64,000 nucleotides of DNA from an uncultured Gemmatimonadaceae bacterium (GTDB lineage Bacteria > Gemmatimonadota > Gemmatimonadetes > Gemmatimonadales > Gemmatimonadaceae): positions 896,001-960,000 of the forward strand of contig CAWBOC010000009.1 in assembly GCA_963790305.1 (NCBI GenBank). The letters run 5' to 3'. The position numbers and the translations under genes are program-made. Position 1 is the stretch's first letter. Every line of letters starts with the position of its first letter. Of this stretch, positions 1 to 9,462 are shown in pieces. The notes beneath the pieces are model-generated. The model worked only from the letters and a program-made list of their open reading frames with translations. It was not told the origin of the DNA and searched no databases.

Positions 1-688
1 CGTCCGATGCCGAGTTCAGCAGCGCAGCGACTGCATGGCGAGCCAGCGCATTCTTGCCGCCGCTGCCGAGCCCGAGCGCCGTCATGAGGGTGATGTTCGG
101 GTTGAACCCGTTGACACCGAAGGTCGCGTCGAAATCGGCGTTGGGGAGATACCCGGCCGGCCAGCTACCCACGCTGTTCTTCCAGAAGCCAGGGGTGCAT
201 CCCTCGCCCGGCGGAGGCGGAGGTGGCGCATTCACGAACGTCACAATGCAGCCGTTGAACGTGTTGAGCCACAGCGTCATGAAATTCGGTCCAGACGCAG
301 CCACGAGACACTGTGTCCCGTCCACCCCCACCAGCCGCATCGAGAGCGGAGTGGCGCTCGTCTCGGTGATCGTCACCTCGTCAATGGGCTCTTCCGCGCC
401 GGGATTCGCGCGACCGAGATACACGTCGACGCACTGGCCCGCGTTGACGGTGAACGGATTGGTGACGGTGAGTGAACCGACCGAACCCTGCCCGAGGCTC
501 GCGGTAAACGTGCCCGATGCGCCCTCCTTGCAGAGTACGAGCTTCTTGCCCGGGGTTCCGGGCGTGACGTTGAGGCGAGGAGCCTTGAAGCGCGTCGGCT
601 CGGTGGGGCCGCTGTCACTGCACGCGCCGACGACGGTGGCCGTCGCGAGCGCGAGCGCCGTAAGGTACTTCGTACGTCGATAGTTCAT
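1..688 (-). CDS. Lipoprotein with polyproline linker and GCTPGFWKN...LARHAVAALLN C-terminal domain (3' end outside window)
   Basis: Not in the ORF track. Manual translation from ATG at 688: MNYRRTKYLTALALATATVVGAC (lipobox), open to base 1. RBS-like AGAAAGG upstream. Confidence 0.8.
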   Translation of the reverse strand, partial: MNYRRTKYLTALALATATVVGACSDSGPTEPTRFKAPRLNVTPGTPGKKLVLCKEGASGTFTASLGQGSVGSLTVTNPFTVNAGQCVDVYLGRANPGAEEPIDEVTITETSATPLSMRLVGVDGTQCLVAASGPNFMTLWLNTFNGCIVTFVNAPPPPPPGEGCTPGFWKNSVGSWPAGYLPNADFDATFGVNGFNPNITLMTALGLGSGGKNALARHAVAALLNSASD

Positions 689-742
689 TGGGCCTTTCTT
701 TGGTGAGAGATCGCGGGGGGACTGCGCGTGCGGCGACGCTTG

Positions 743-757
743 GCAACCAATGTGCCT
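743..757 (-). promoter_or_regulatory. sigma-54 -24/-12 promoter
   Basis: Minus strand AGGCAC-ATTGG-TTGC (GG-N10-GC), about 55 nt upstream of the ATG at 688; palindrome-like site at 841-858. Confidence 0.7.
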
Positions 758-1064
758 GAGTGTGCAAACACGTAACTACCTCACCCTGCAGGACTTCATT
801 TGATCTCGCGCAGCGTCGTCGTTACCCTTGTTGTGCAATGTGTTGCGTCACGCAAACAGTGACGGCGCTATTGCGAACTCGCCCACCTCTGGAACCCGCC
901 TCGTGATCTCGCGGTAGTACGGAATGAGGCGGTTACCAACCCCCGCTTCTTCCGTCTTTCGCTTACGGGCACCGCGCCACCGGTCGCGCCCGGTTGCTCG
1001 CCCCCCGCACCAGCCTCGTGCTCGCCGAGCACGTCGTTCTCGACAATCGATCCGACGTCCCAAC

Positions 1065-2963
1065 GTGTCCTCGCCGAATCAGCCCCTTAAGAGCGAGCCG
1101 CCGACTCTTCCGAAGTCGCGGCGCCGTACCCGGGAACGCGACGCTTTCGCCGTTCTACGCCGGCGCGGGCCAGGCCGCCAGCGCCTCTTGATTCTCGCGC
1201 TTGTCGTTGTGAGCGCCGTTGGGATAAGTGGTTGGGCGATGGCTCGCCCCGATCACACCGCCCTCCCCGTGGTTCCCTACTCCGAAGTCGCTTCCGCGCT
1301 CGCCGCGGGCGGGGTCGAGGAGCTGACGCTCGAGGACGGAGGCAACCGAATCATCGCCAAGCTCAAGGCGCCCTATCGCGCGGCCGAGTCCCGCTCGCGC
1401 ATCGTCATTACCTCCGTTCCGGCCAGTGCCCTCAGCGTCGCCGACCTCGAGCGCTGGGCCGCGAGCGGCGCCAAAGTTCGTGTGGGCGACAAGTCGAGAG
1501 CCCCGTCGGCCGAGACGGTGATACAGGTCATCAGTCTTCTGGCGCTGCTATCGCTGGTCGCCTTCGTGGCGTTCCGGCAGCGCGGCGGCGCGTCCCGTCG
1601 CTTCATCGCGACGCCCCCATCGCGTCAGCTCACGATGGCTGACGTCGGCGGCGTCGCGGAGGCGCAGGCCGATCTCCGTGATGTGATTGCATACCTGCGC
1701 GATCCAGAGCGTTTCCGCGCCATGGGCGCGAAATGCCCGAAGGGCGTGCTCCTCGTAGGGGCGCCGGGAACGGGCAAGACGCTGCTCGCGCGCGCCGTCG
1801 CCGGCGAAGCGGGCTGCCCCGTCATCATGGCGGCTGGCTCCGATTTCAACGAGGTCTACGTCGGCGTGGGGTCGCGACGCATTCGGCAGCTCGCCAAGCA
1901 GGCCCGCGAGCAGGCACCGTGCATCGTCTTCATCGACGAGTTCGACTCGCTCGGCGGGCGGCGCGGTCGGCCCAACCGCTCCGGCGAGGAGGAGGTCACG
2001 CTCAACCAGCTGCTCGTCGAGATGGACGGCATGCAGGGGAGCGACGGCATCGTCTGGATGGCGGCGACGAATCGCGAAGACATGCTCGATCCCGCGGTGC
2101 GACGCCCGGGCCGGTTCGATCGCATCGTCGAGGTTCAGCTTCCCACCGTTCGCGATCGGCTCGAGATCCTGAAGATTCACGCCGCCAAGGCGCCGCTCGC
2201 CGCCGACGTCGACCTCGAGCGACTCGCGCAGCTCACGGTTGGCCATTCGGGTGCCGACCTGGCGAACCTGCTCAACGAGGCGGCGATCATCGCCGTGCAG
2301 TCGGAATCCGTGCTCATCTCAGCGGCGCACATCGAGCAGGCACGCGATCGCATCCTGCTCGGCCGCGTTCGCGAGGGCGTGGTCGTCACGACCGGCGAGC
2401 GCAGGCTCATCGCGCTGCACGAGGCCGGGCACGCGGTGGTCGGTATGGTCGCCTGCCCCGACGACAAGCTCCACAAAGTCACGATCGAGCCGCGCGGCCG
2501 CTCCCTCGGTGCCGCGCACTTCGCGCCCGAAGCGGATCGTCACCTGCACTCCCGCCGCTACCTCGAGGGCGTGATCGCGAAGGCGTTAGGCGGCCGGGCC
2601 GCGGAGTCCGTATTCCTGGGTCCCGACGCGGTAACCTCCGGCGCCGGAAGCGACCTGGTGCACGCGACCCACGTGGCGCGGCGGATGGTCGGCGAGTTCG
2701 GCATGAGTGATGAGATCGGTCTCATCAGCGCCGACCCCGCTGCCCAGGGCGGCGCCCCGAGCGCGCAGCTCCAGGGCCAGATCGACTCGGCGGTCCGGAC
2801 GCTGATCACCGCGCAAGCCGACCGCGCCGTCGCGATCGTCACCGAGCACCGCGCCGCGGTCGAAGCGATAGCGGAGGCGCTGCTCCAGAGAGAGGTCATC
2901 TCGTCGGAGGAAGTGTACGAGCTGGCATCTCGGCATGGGGTTCAGCGCGCGGTGGCAGCCTGA
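1065..2963 (+). CDS. ftsH: ATP-dependent zinc metalloprotease FtsH
   Basis: Two TM segments, Walker A GAPGTGKT, Walker B VFIDEFD, SRH ATNREDMLDPAVRRPGRFDR, HEAGH zinc motif. Start uncertain (GTG 1065 chosen; ORF open from 924). Confidence 0.93.
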   Translation: MSSPNQPLKSEPPTLPKSRRRTRERDAFAVLRRRGPGRQRLLILALVVVSAVGISGWAMARPDHTALPVVPYSEVASALAAGGVEELTLEDGGNRIIAKLKAPYRAAESRSRIVITSVPASALSVADLERWAASGAKVRVGDKSRAPSAETVIQVISLLALLSLVAFVAFRQRGGASRRFIATPPSRQLTMADVGGVAEAQADLRDVIAYLRDPERFRAMGAKCPKGVLLVGAPGTGKTLLARAVAGEAGCPVIMAAGSDFNEVYVGVGSRRIRQLAKQAREQAPCIVFIDEFDSLGGRRGRPNRSGEEEVTLNQLLVEMDGMQGSDGIVWMAATNREDMLDPAVRRPGRFDRIVEVQLPTVRDRLEILKIHAAKAPLAADVDLERLAQLTVGHSGADLANLLNEAAIIAVQSESVLISAAHIEQARDRILLGRVREGVVVTTGERRLIALHEAGHAVVGMVACPDDKLHKVTIEPRGRSLGAAHFAPEADRHLHSRRYLEGVIAKALGGRAAESVFLGPDAVTSGAGSDLVHATHVARRMVGEFGMSDEIGLISADPAAQGGAPSAQLQGQIDSAVRTLITAQADRAVAIVTEHRAAVEAIAEALLQREVISSEEVYELASRHGVQRAVAA

Positions 2964-2974
2964 GACTTGACTTC

Positions 2975-3099
2975 AAAGGCAAAGACGTCAGATATCAGAA
3001 TACAGAAGTCAGAATTCAGAAAACCGCGCGGGGAGCCAGCATTGGCTCCCCGTTGTCTCTTCTGAATTCTGTATTCTGATATCTGACGTCTTTGCCTTT
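2975..3099. repeat. Long inverted repeat built partly of CAGAAnn heptamers, enclosing a GC hairpin (probable bidirectional terminator)
   Basis: Left arm aaaggcaaagacgtcagatatcagaatacagaa(gtcagaa)ttcagaa; 3060-3099 is its reverse complement lacking one heptamer; inner stem cggggagcca/tggctccccg at 3029-3052. Confidence 0.9.
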
Positions 3100-3109
3100 T
3101 GTCAAACGG

Positions 3110-4387
3110 TCAAGATACCCCGGATTTGAGAGCCGCGAGCACCGAATCCCCGAACACATCGACCTCGTCGGGAGAGGTGTAGACGTTCGGCGTAATCCGC
3201 AGCCCTTTGAACTCTTCATGGACGATGGGCGTCGTGATGATCCGGTGTTTGTCCCACAGGTGCGCGACCATCTTCGGGACCTCGACGCCCTCGATCTGGA
3301 GCAGTCCGATTCCGCACGACTGCCGCGGGTCATCGAGTGGGGTCAGCACGCGGCAGCGATCGCTCGCCGTGGTCAGGCGCTTCGCCCATCGATCGCGCAG
3401 GAAGCGAAGGCGAGCTGCCTTGCGCTCGGAGCCAATGGCGCGATGGAACGCGAGCGCGACCGCGATCGCGTTGTGATTCGCCGCCGGGTGCGTGCCGATC
3501 TCCTCGTATTTGCGCACGTTCGCGTCCATCGCCTTCGGCGCCGCCATGAGCGGCCACAGCGACGGGATCTTCTCCCGACGGACGTAGAGAAAGCCGGTGC
3601 CAATGGGAGCGAGCAGCCACTTGTGCAGGCTCGTGCCGAACCAGTCGCACTCGAGCGCATCGCGCGTGAATGGGAATTGCGCGAACGAGTGCGCGCCATC
3701 GACCAGCACCTCAATGTTCTGCGCACGACCCAGCTTCACGAGCTCGCGCACCGGCATGATCTGCCCGGTGAGGTTGGTGATGTGCGGGACCTCGATCACC
3801 CGCGTTCGAGGCGTGATCGCCTGCCGAAATCGATCGACGACGTAGGCCATCGATCGCGGTGGAACCTCGAAGGTGATCCGGTTGATGACGATGCCTTCGC
3901 GCCGGCTCCGCTGCTCCCAGGCGGTGAGCATGCGCGGGTAGTTCTGCGTGGTGACGATCACTTCGTCGCCCCGCTTGAGGTCGACGCCCAGGATGAGCGT
4001 CTCCATCGATTCGGACGCATTCCTCGTGATGGCCAGCTCTTCGGGATCGCAGCCGAACTCGCGCGCGAGCTCGCGTCGTACGCCCTCGATGCGCGGCTCG
4101 AGCACATCCCACATGTGATGGACGGGAGCGACGTTCGAGAAGCGAAGGTCGCGAATCATCGCGTCGAGCACGTGCGTCGGCGACGGCGAGACACCGCCGT
4201 TGTTGAGATTGATGATGGCGCGATCGAGGTCGAACGCGCGCTGCACTTCGCGCCAGTAGTCCTCGTCATCGGCCGCGCCGCCCGCGGGAGCCGCCAGCTC
4301 GCTCGCGCGAAGGAGCGCGTCACGCCGGAAGGCGGGCGCAATGGCGGCGGCCGTGAGGCTGGCTACGAAGGCGCGACGGGAGGGCAT
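3110..4387 (-). CDS. Tat-exported class V PLP aminotransferase (isopenicillin N epimerase/cysteine desulfurase-like)
   Basis: SRRAF twin-arginine signal; NLNNGGVSP, VDGAH and SLHKWL (PLP lysine) motifs. Confidence 0.88.
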   Translation of the reverse strand: MPSRRAFVASLTAAAIAPAFRRDALLRASELAAPAGGAADDEDYWREVQRAFDLDRAIINLNNGGVSPSPTHVLDAMIRDLRFSNVAPVHHMWDVLEPRIEGVRRELAREFGCDPEELAITRNASESMETLILGVDLKRGDEVIVTTQNYPRMLTAWEQRSRREGIVINRITFEVPPRSMAYVVDRFRQAITPRTRVIEVPHITNLTGQIMPVRELVKLGRAQNIEVLVDGAHSFAQFPFTRDALECDWFGTSLHKWLLAPIGTGFLYVRREKIPSLWPLMAAPKAMDANVRKYEEIGTHPAANHNAIAVALAFHRAIGSERKAARLRFLRDRWAKRLTTASDRCRVLTPLDDPRQSCGIGLLQIEGVEVPKMVAHLWDKHRIITTPIVHEEFKGLRITPNVYTSPDEVDVFGDSVLAALKSGVS

Positions 4388-4394
4388 GCCGCAA

Positions 4395-4492
4395 AGGTGG
4401 TCGAGGTCGTCGAGGATGTCGAGGTGATCGAGGTCAGGTCGTCGAGGTGCAGCCCTCGATCACCTCGACACCCTCGACACCCTCGACCACCT
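4395..4492. repeat. Palindrome made of 9-bp tandem units (nngtcgagg / cctcgacnn)
   Basis: 4395-4433 aggtggtcgagg-tcgtcgagg-atgtcgagg-tgatcgagg pairs with 4454-4492 with few mismatches. Confidence 0.88.
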
Positions 4493-4526
4493 CGCGCCCG
4501 GCATCATCCCTGCATTACCGAAACAC

Positions 4527-4931
4527 ATGACCAAGAAGTCCCGCATCGCGATCGTCAATGGATCCAACGTCGCCCACTCCACCGAAGGGGGATCGGCGCG
4601 CCTGGAGAACATCATTCTCATGCGCGACAAGCTCACCGAGAAAGGGCTCGAGCCCGTGCTCGTCGTCGACGCGGCGCTTCGCCATCAGATCGATGATACG
4701 GAAGGCTACGAGAAGCTGGTCAACGATGGGGCGCTGAAGCAGGCGCCGGCGGGCACCGACGCCGACTATTTCATCCTGTCGTTCGCCCGAGAGCTGGGCG
4801 CCCGCATCGTCAGTAACGACCGCTTCCGAGATCGGATGCCCGAGTTCAAGGATGTCAGCCGGCGCTTCATCCGGTACATGATCGTCGAGGGCGAGGTAGT
4901 GTTCGAGCAGCGCAACGGGCGGAGACGCTAG
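4527..4931 (+). CDS. NYN/PIN-domain protein (Zc3h12a-like ribonuclease family)
   Basis: IVNGSNVAH, VDA, APAGTDADYFIL and IVSNDRFRD motifs. Confidence 0.8.
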   Translation: MTKKSRIAIVNGSNVAHSTEGGSARLENIILMRDKLTEKGLEPVLVVDAALRHQIDDTEGYEKLVNDGALKQAPAGTDADYFILSFARELGARIVSNDRFRDRMPEFKDVSRRFIRYMIVEGEVVFEQRNGRRR

Positions 4932-4945
4932 GTCGACGACCTGTG

Positions 4946-6298
4946 CTACTCGGCGATCCACCCCTGGCGCCGTTCCTCCGTCGCGACCAGCAGCCAGCGC
5001 CCGTATCGGCCGAGGACTGAGAGCCGAGCACGAGTGTCGAGGCTGTCGACGATGACCGCAGCCGGATTGGGACGCTCGCGGAGGACGACACCTGCCTCAC
5101 GAGATACGACCGTGATCGGCTCTCCCAAACGCTGCACGGCGTTGGCCAATACGAATCCGGCCTCGCCACCTGGCAACCGCACGCGGAGCCAGCTCCCCGC
5201 GGCCCCGAGCACCGTTACGACTGCGGTTCGCGGCACGCTGCGCGCGGAGTCGCCATTCAGACCCGGAGAAAGCCGCATCACGATCTGCGTGCGCGCTATC
5301 CGCACGCGGGCACCGAACAGGGACGTATCGGCGGTGATCTCCGGCGGCGTGCCGCGACGGGTATCGATGAACGGCAGCGGATCCACGGGCCCCTGCCCTC
5401 TTCGGTAGATCCCGAAATGCAGGTGCGGAGGCGTGCGCCGCGCGTTGCCCGTATTCCCGACCAGCCCGAGTGTGTCGCCCACCTGGACGATGTCGCCTGC
5501 ACTGACCAGCTGGCGGTCGAGGTGCGCGTAGTAGATCGACTGCTCCCGGCGCGTATCGAGAAGCCAGACGACGTTGCCGCCGAGGTCGGTTTCTCCAACG
5601 CGACGGACAATGCCGGGCGCGGCGGCGACGACCGGGGTGCCTCGCGGCGCGAAGAGATCGACGCCGTGGTGCGAGCGACGGCCCGCATCGCGCGAAGCAC
5701 CGAACAGGCTGCGAGCTATCCGGGCATCGCGGCCCGCAACCGGGAACGCGAGCGTTGGACCAGTGGTGATGGTCACGATGATGCGACCGCCGCGCAGGAG
5801 CTCGGGCTGCGCGCGCAGCACGTATTCGCCGTCCCGCCGAATCTCGACATCGATCGACGTTCCGCCATCCGCCGCACTGGCGACCCGCTCGTACGTCTCC
5901 GTGGTATCGCGAGGAACCGAGAAGAGGTCGACGAACAGGCGGCCGAGGGGGTCCATCGCGACTTCGGCGGAGGCGATGAGGCGATCACCGCGGCGAAGTG
6001 GGAGCCTCCATGCAATCGCTCGAGGCTCTTCGGCCGGCACGTGCACCGCTTCACGGTGCGGAGCGGTCACGCGCGTGGCCGTGCTCAGCGACGCGTCTCC
6101 GGCAACAATCCAGTCACGCCCAACGGCCGTTCGATGCAGGTCGGCCTTTTCCAGCGTGCGAACGTATTCATCGCGCGGGGAGCGAAAGCCGCGGTCGCCT
6201 AACGATCTGGCGCGGTCGCAGGCGGCCAGCGTCGCGAGCAGCACGATGCAGACGCTACGGATTGTCGTGAACGAACGCGGATGGAGCGCGAGTCTCAT
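4946..6298 (-). CDS. M23 family metallopeptidase lipoprotein with C-terminal SH3-like domains
   Basis: Lipobox LAAC; HHGVD, YYAHL and HLHFG motifs. Confidence 0.88.
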   Translation of the reverse strand: MRLALHPRSFTTIRSVCIVLLATLAACDRARSLGDRGFRSPRDEYVRTLEKADLHRTAVGRDWIVAGDASLSTATRVTAPHREAVHVPAEEPRAIAWRLPLRRGDRLIASAEVAMDPLGRLFVDLFSVPRDTTETYERVASAADGGTSIDVEIRRDGEYVLRAQPELLRGGRIIVTITTGPTLAFPVAGRDARIARSLFGASRDAGRRSHHGVDLFAPRGTPVVAAAPGIVRRVGETDLGGNVVWLLDTRREQSIYYAHLDRQLVSAGDIVQVGDTLGLVGNTGNARRTPPHLHFGIYRRGQGPVDPLPFIDTRRGTPPEITADTSLFGARVRIARTQIVMRLSPGLNGDSARSVPRTAVVTVLGAAGSWLRVRLPGGEAGFVLANAVQRLGEPITVVSREAGVVLRERPNPAAVIVDSLDTRARLSVLGRYGRWLLVATEERRQGWIAE

Positions 6299-6360
6299 GC
6301 GCTCATCTACGCCAATGGCGTGTCAACTGTTTCCTTGAAGTCCGGCCGCAGGGCCGGCGG

Positions 6361-7552
6361 TCAGGCGCGCGCGGAGAGCGGCAGCTCGAGCTCGAAGTGG
6401 AACCGGGTGCCTTGCCCGGGAGCCGTGTCGACGACCGAGCTCCCCGCCCATGCGGCTCACGAGCTTGCGGCAGATCGACAGTCCGAGCCCCGCGCTCGAG
6501 AACGTGAACTGGCCCGGCTTGACGCGTCGCCGGAAGGCATCGAACAACGTCGGAAGGACCTCGGCGGGAATCCCGCGCCCGGTGTCCCTCACCGAGAACT
6601 CGATGCGCGATCGCGTCACCGCCCTGCAGCTCACTTCCACGTACCCCTCGGACGTGAACTTGAGCGCGTTCGTCGTGAGGTTGAGGAGCACGCGGTTGAG
6701 GGCCGCCGGGTGGCCGATCCTCACGTCGGCATCTGGCCGCGTGATGCGAACGGTGAGCCCCTTTTCCTCCGCGATCGGCTGCACGATGTCGCGCACCGAC
6801 TGTAGCGTCTCGCCGATCGAAAAGGGCATCGGGTGCAGGTCCATGAGACGCTCGCCGCCTCGGACCAGCTCGATGACGTCGCTGGCGAGTGCGCTCAGCC
6901 CGAACGCGGCGCTGTAGACGAGGCCGAGCTGGCGCTCCTGAATGGGATTGATGGAGCCGCTTTGTCCGTTGCGAAGCGTCTCGGCGAGAAAGAGCACGGA
7001 CGCAAGCGGGGAGCGCAGGTCATGTGCGACCTCGACGACCATCTCCAACCCGTCGGCTCCCGACAACTTGTTCGCGAAACGCTGGGCCGTGTCGCGGTCG
7101 ATCTCGGCCTGTACCCGCTCGAGGGCACAGAGCAGATGAACGATCTGAGGGGCGTCGCTCAATTCGGTGGACGAGACGTCATCGAGAAACGCCTTTCGAA
7201 GCCGCTCGACCATCTTGCGACCCGGAGTCGGCGCCGCCAGCTCACTGAGGTCCGGCGGTAGCCCGATGGCCGCCTGACGAATCGCCTTGCAGAGGAACGC
7301 CATCCGCGAGCGAAGCTCGTCGGCAGTGGAGCCGTCCTCGTTCAGGTCCCATGCCTCGCGGACGCGCTGCGTCGCGCGTTCGAGGGCCGCGGCAAGGCAC
7401 GGCCCAATCCCACTCGCGGCGAGCTCGTCGAGCTCCCCGGAGATGCGCGGCGGGGCATAGTCGCCCCCAACCAACTCCCCGCTGTGGCGCGCAGTCACGC
7501 CGACGATCGAAAGATCAGTGGTGATAGGCGGTGGTGCTGAGCGAACGCTCAC
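6361..7552 (-). CDS. Soluble sensor histidine kinase (frameshift near 6436)
   Basis: H box EVAHDLRSPL, N box NLTTNALKFT, G1 DTGRGI, G2 GLGLSIC. Removing one G restores GGELVVDTAPGQGTRFHFELEL with a stop at 6361. GTG start overlaps the upstream stop. Confidence 0.85.
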
Positions 7553-9072
7553 TCCCCGATTCCGGTCAGCTCGCTACGCTGAAAGTTATGCTTCTCCATC
7601 AGGCGGTATAGCGTCGTCCGGTCGATGCTGGCGAGGCGAGCCGCCTTCGACATGTTGCCGCCGGCGCGTGAGACCAGACGGGAGAGATACTCCTTCTCGA
7701 AATGCGCCACCAGCCTGTCCTTCGCCGGATGATACGCGTCATCGAGAATCCCGAATGGCATGGAGCCATCCGCCGGTACTTCGCCCGACGGCTCATCATA
7801 AATGGGGATGTCCGATGGCTCAATCGGCTGATTCGGCTCGGCCAGGACGGCCACGTGCTCGATCACGTTCTGCAGCTCCCGGACGTTGCCGCGCCATGGC
7901 TTCGACCGCAGGAAATCGATCGCGCCTTCCGTGAGCTTCGGCGCGAGATCGCCTGTGTTCCGATGTCGCTCCCAGTAGTAGGCGAGGAAGTGATTGGCGA
8001 GGAGCGGGATATCCTCAACGCGCTTGCGGAGCGGGGGTAGCTGAATGGGTACCACCCGCAGGCGGTAGAACAGATCCTCACGCAGAATGGATTGCTGCAC
8101 CGCCTCCTGGGGATCGCGATTCGTCGCCGAGATGAACCGCACGTCGACCACCGCGTCCTGGTTCTCGCTGCCCACGCGTCGCACCACGCCGTCCTGGATG
8201 ACGCGGAGCAGCTTGGCCTGGAGCGGCTGCGACATCTCGGTCAGCTCGTCGAGGAAGAACGTCCCGCCATTTGCCACTTCGAGAAGGCCCGGCTTGTCGC
8301 GGTCGGCACCGGTGAACGCCCCCTTCTTGTGACCGAACATCTCCGACTCGAGGAGGGGCTCGGGCAGCGCGGCACAGTTCACCGGAACGAGCTTGCGGCT
8401 CGCGCGGCGGCTGTGCCGGTGAATGAACTGGGCGATGAGCTCCTTTCCCGTTCCGCTTTCGCCGGTGATCATCACCAATGCGTCGGTCGGGGCCACCTTT
8501 CTGGCGAGGTCCACCGCCTTGCGGAACGCTGGCGACACCCCCAGAAGCGCGATCTTGTCGCTGTTGCCGTTCTGCTTGAGGAGCTGAAAACGAAGATCGC
8601 GCGTTTCCCGCGCGACCATGACGGCGTGCGAAGCCCGGCCGACCAGCACCTGGAGGTGAGTGGCGGAGAAGGGCTTCGGAAGGTAGTCCCAGGCGCCCGC
8701 CCGGAGCGCCTCGATGCTCGTCGTCACGCTCGGGTTCCCCGTCATGACGACGACGATCGTGTCCTTGTGCGCGGCGAGCGCCGCCTTCAGAACATCCATT
8801 CCCGAGACCGGCGTCATGTACAGGTCGACGAGGATGATGTCGTATTTGCGGCGCTTCACCATCTCGACCGCTTCGTCGCCTCTGCCCGAGAAGGCGACGT
8901 TGAAGCCGTCGATCTGGAGCACGCTCGCACAGCCCTCGCGAAGCGTCCGGTCGTCGTCGACGACGAGAATCGAGACGCTGGCCTTGACCTCTGGCGGGAT
9001 TGAAAGCGGATCGCGCTGCGCCGCATCGGGCGGCTGGACGTATTCGGTTTGCGGCGCGAGAGAAGACGACAT
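7549..9072 (-). CDS. sigma-54-dependent response regulator (NtrC family: REC-AAA+-HTH)
   Basis: VVDDD, VDLYM and KPF receiver residues; GESGTGKE; GAFTGA; WRGNVREL; Fis-type HTH. ATG 9072 with AGGAG RBS. Confidence 0.95.
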   Translation of the reverse strand: MSSSLAPQTEYVQPPDAAQRDPLSIPPEVKASVSILVVDDDRTLREGCASVLQIDGFNVAFSGRGDEAVEMVKRRKYDIILVDLYMTPVSGMDVLKAALAAHKDTIVVVMTGNPSVTTSIEALRAGAWDYLPKPFSATHLQVLVGRASHAVMVARETRDLRFQLLKQNGNSDKIALLGVSPAFRKAVDLARKVAPTDALVMITGESGTGKELIAQFIHRHSRRASRKLVPVNCAALPEPLLESEMFGHKKGAFTGADRDKPGLLEVANGGTFFLDELTEMSQPLQAKLLRVIQDGVVRRVGSENQDAVVDVRFISATNRDPQEAVQQSILREDLFYRLRVVPIQLPPLRKRVEDIPLLANHFLAYYWERHRNTGDLAPKLTEGAIDFLRSKPWRGNVRELQNVIEHVAVLAEPNQPIEPSDIPIYDEPSGEVPADGSMPFGILDDAYHPAKDRLVAHFEKEYLSRLVSRAGGNMSKAARLASIDRTTLYRLMEKHNFQRSELTGIGE

Positions 9073-9128
9073 CGGCTCTCCTGTGTGGGAGCAAAGTGAC
9101 AAGCGAGGAGCGGTTGCGCGCGGTGCGA

Positions 9129-9144
9129 TGCAATCCCGGCGCCC
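9129..9144 (-). promoter_or_regulatory. sigma-54 promoter candidate for the regulator-kinase operon
   Basis: Minus strand GGGCGC-CGGGA-TTGCA (GG-N10-GC). Confidence 0.55.
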
Positions 9145-9263
9145 GGATATTCTTCGGTAAAACGAGCGTGATGCGACGCACCTAAATACAACCAACTGTT
9201 GCACCTGTCAACCGAAGCGTCGCCCGAAGGCAACACCGGATCGTCTCGGGATGACCACACACC

Positions 9264-9281
9264 TGAGGCGTAAACGCCACA
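9264..9281. promoter_or_regulatory. Candidate enhancer palindrome TGAGGCG-TAAA-CGCCACA
   Basis: Near-perfect 18-bp palindrome about 100 nt upstream of the sigma-54 motif at 9366; related site at 9218-9235. Confidence 0.6.
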
Positions 9282-9365
9282 GCCTCTAGCGCTTTCGAGC
9301 TGCTCTAAAGAGGCTTTTCCGCCCGACGGAGGCGTGAAAAAGCCGCGAATTGGGAGGCCAATGCA

Positions 9366-9381
9366 TGGGCCCAGACTTGCA
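9366..9381 (+). promoter_or_regulatory. sigma-54 promoter candidate for wzc
   Basis: TGGGCCCAGACTTGCA (GG-N10-GC). Confidence 0.6.
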
Positions 9382-9462
9382 TGGCCGCCCCCGCGCTGGT
9401 CGGACTGTTGCCCGAATTCACTCAAGTTGTTGCCTGCCGCCCTGAGCGCCGCCGCCCTGGAC

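Noticed and set aside
2975..4492. CRISPR arrays
   Set aside because: Units are 7-9 bp, tandem and inverted, with no unique spacers and no cas genes.
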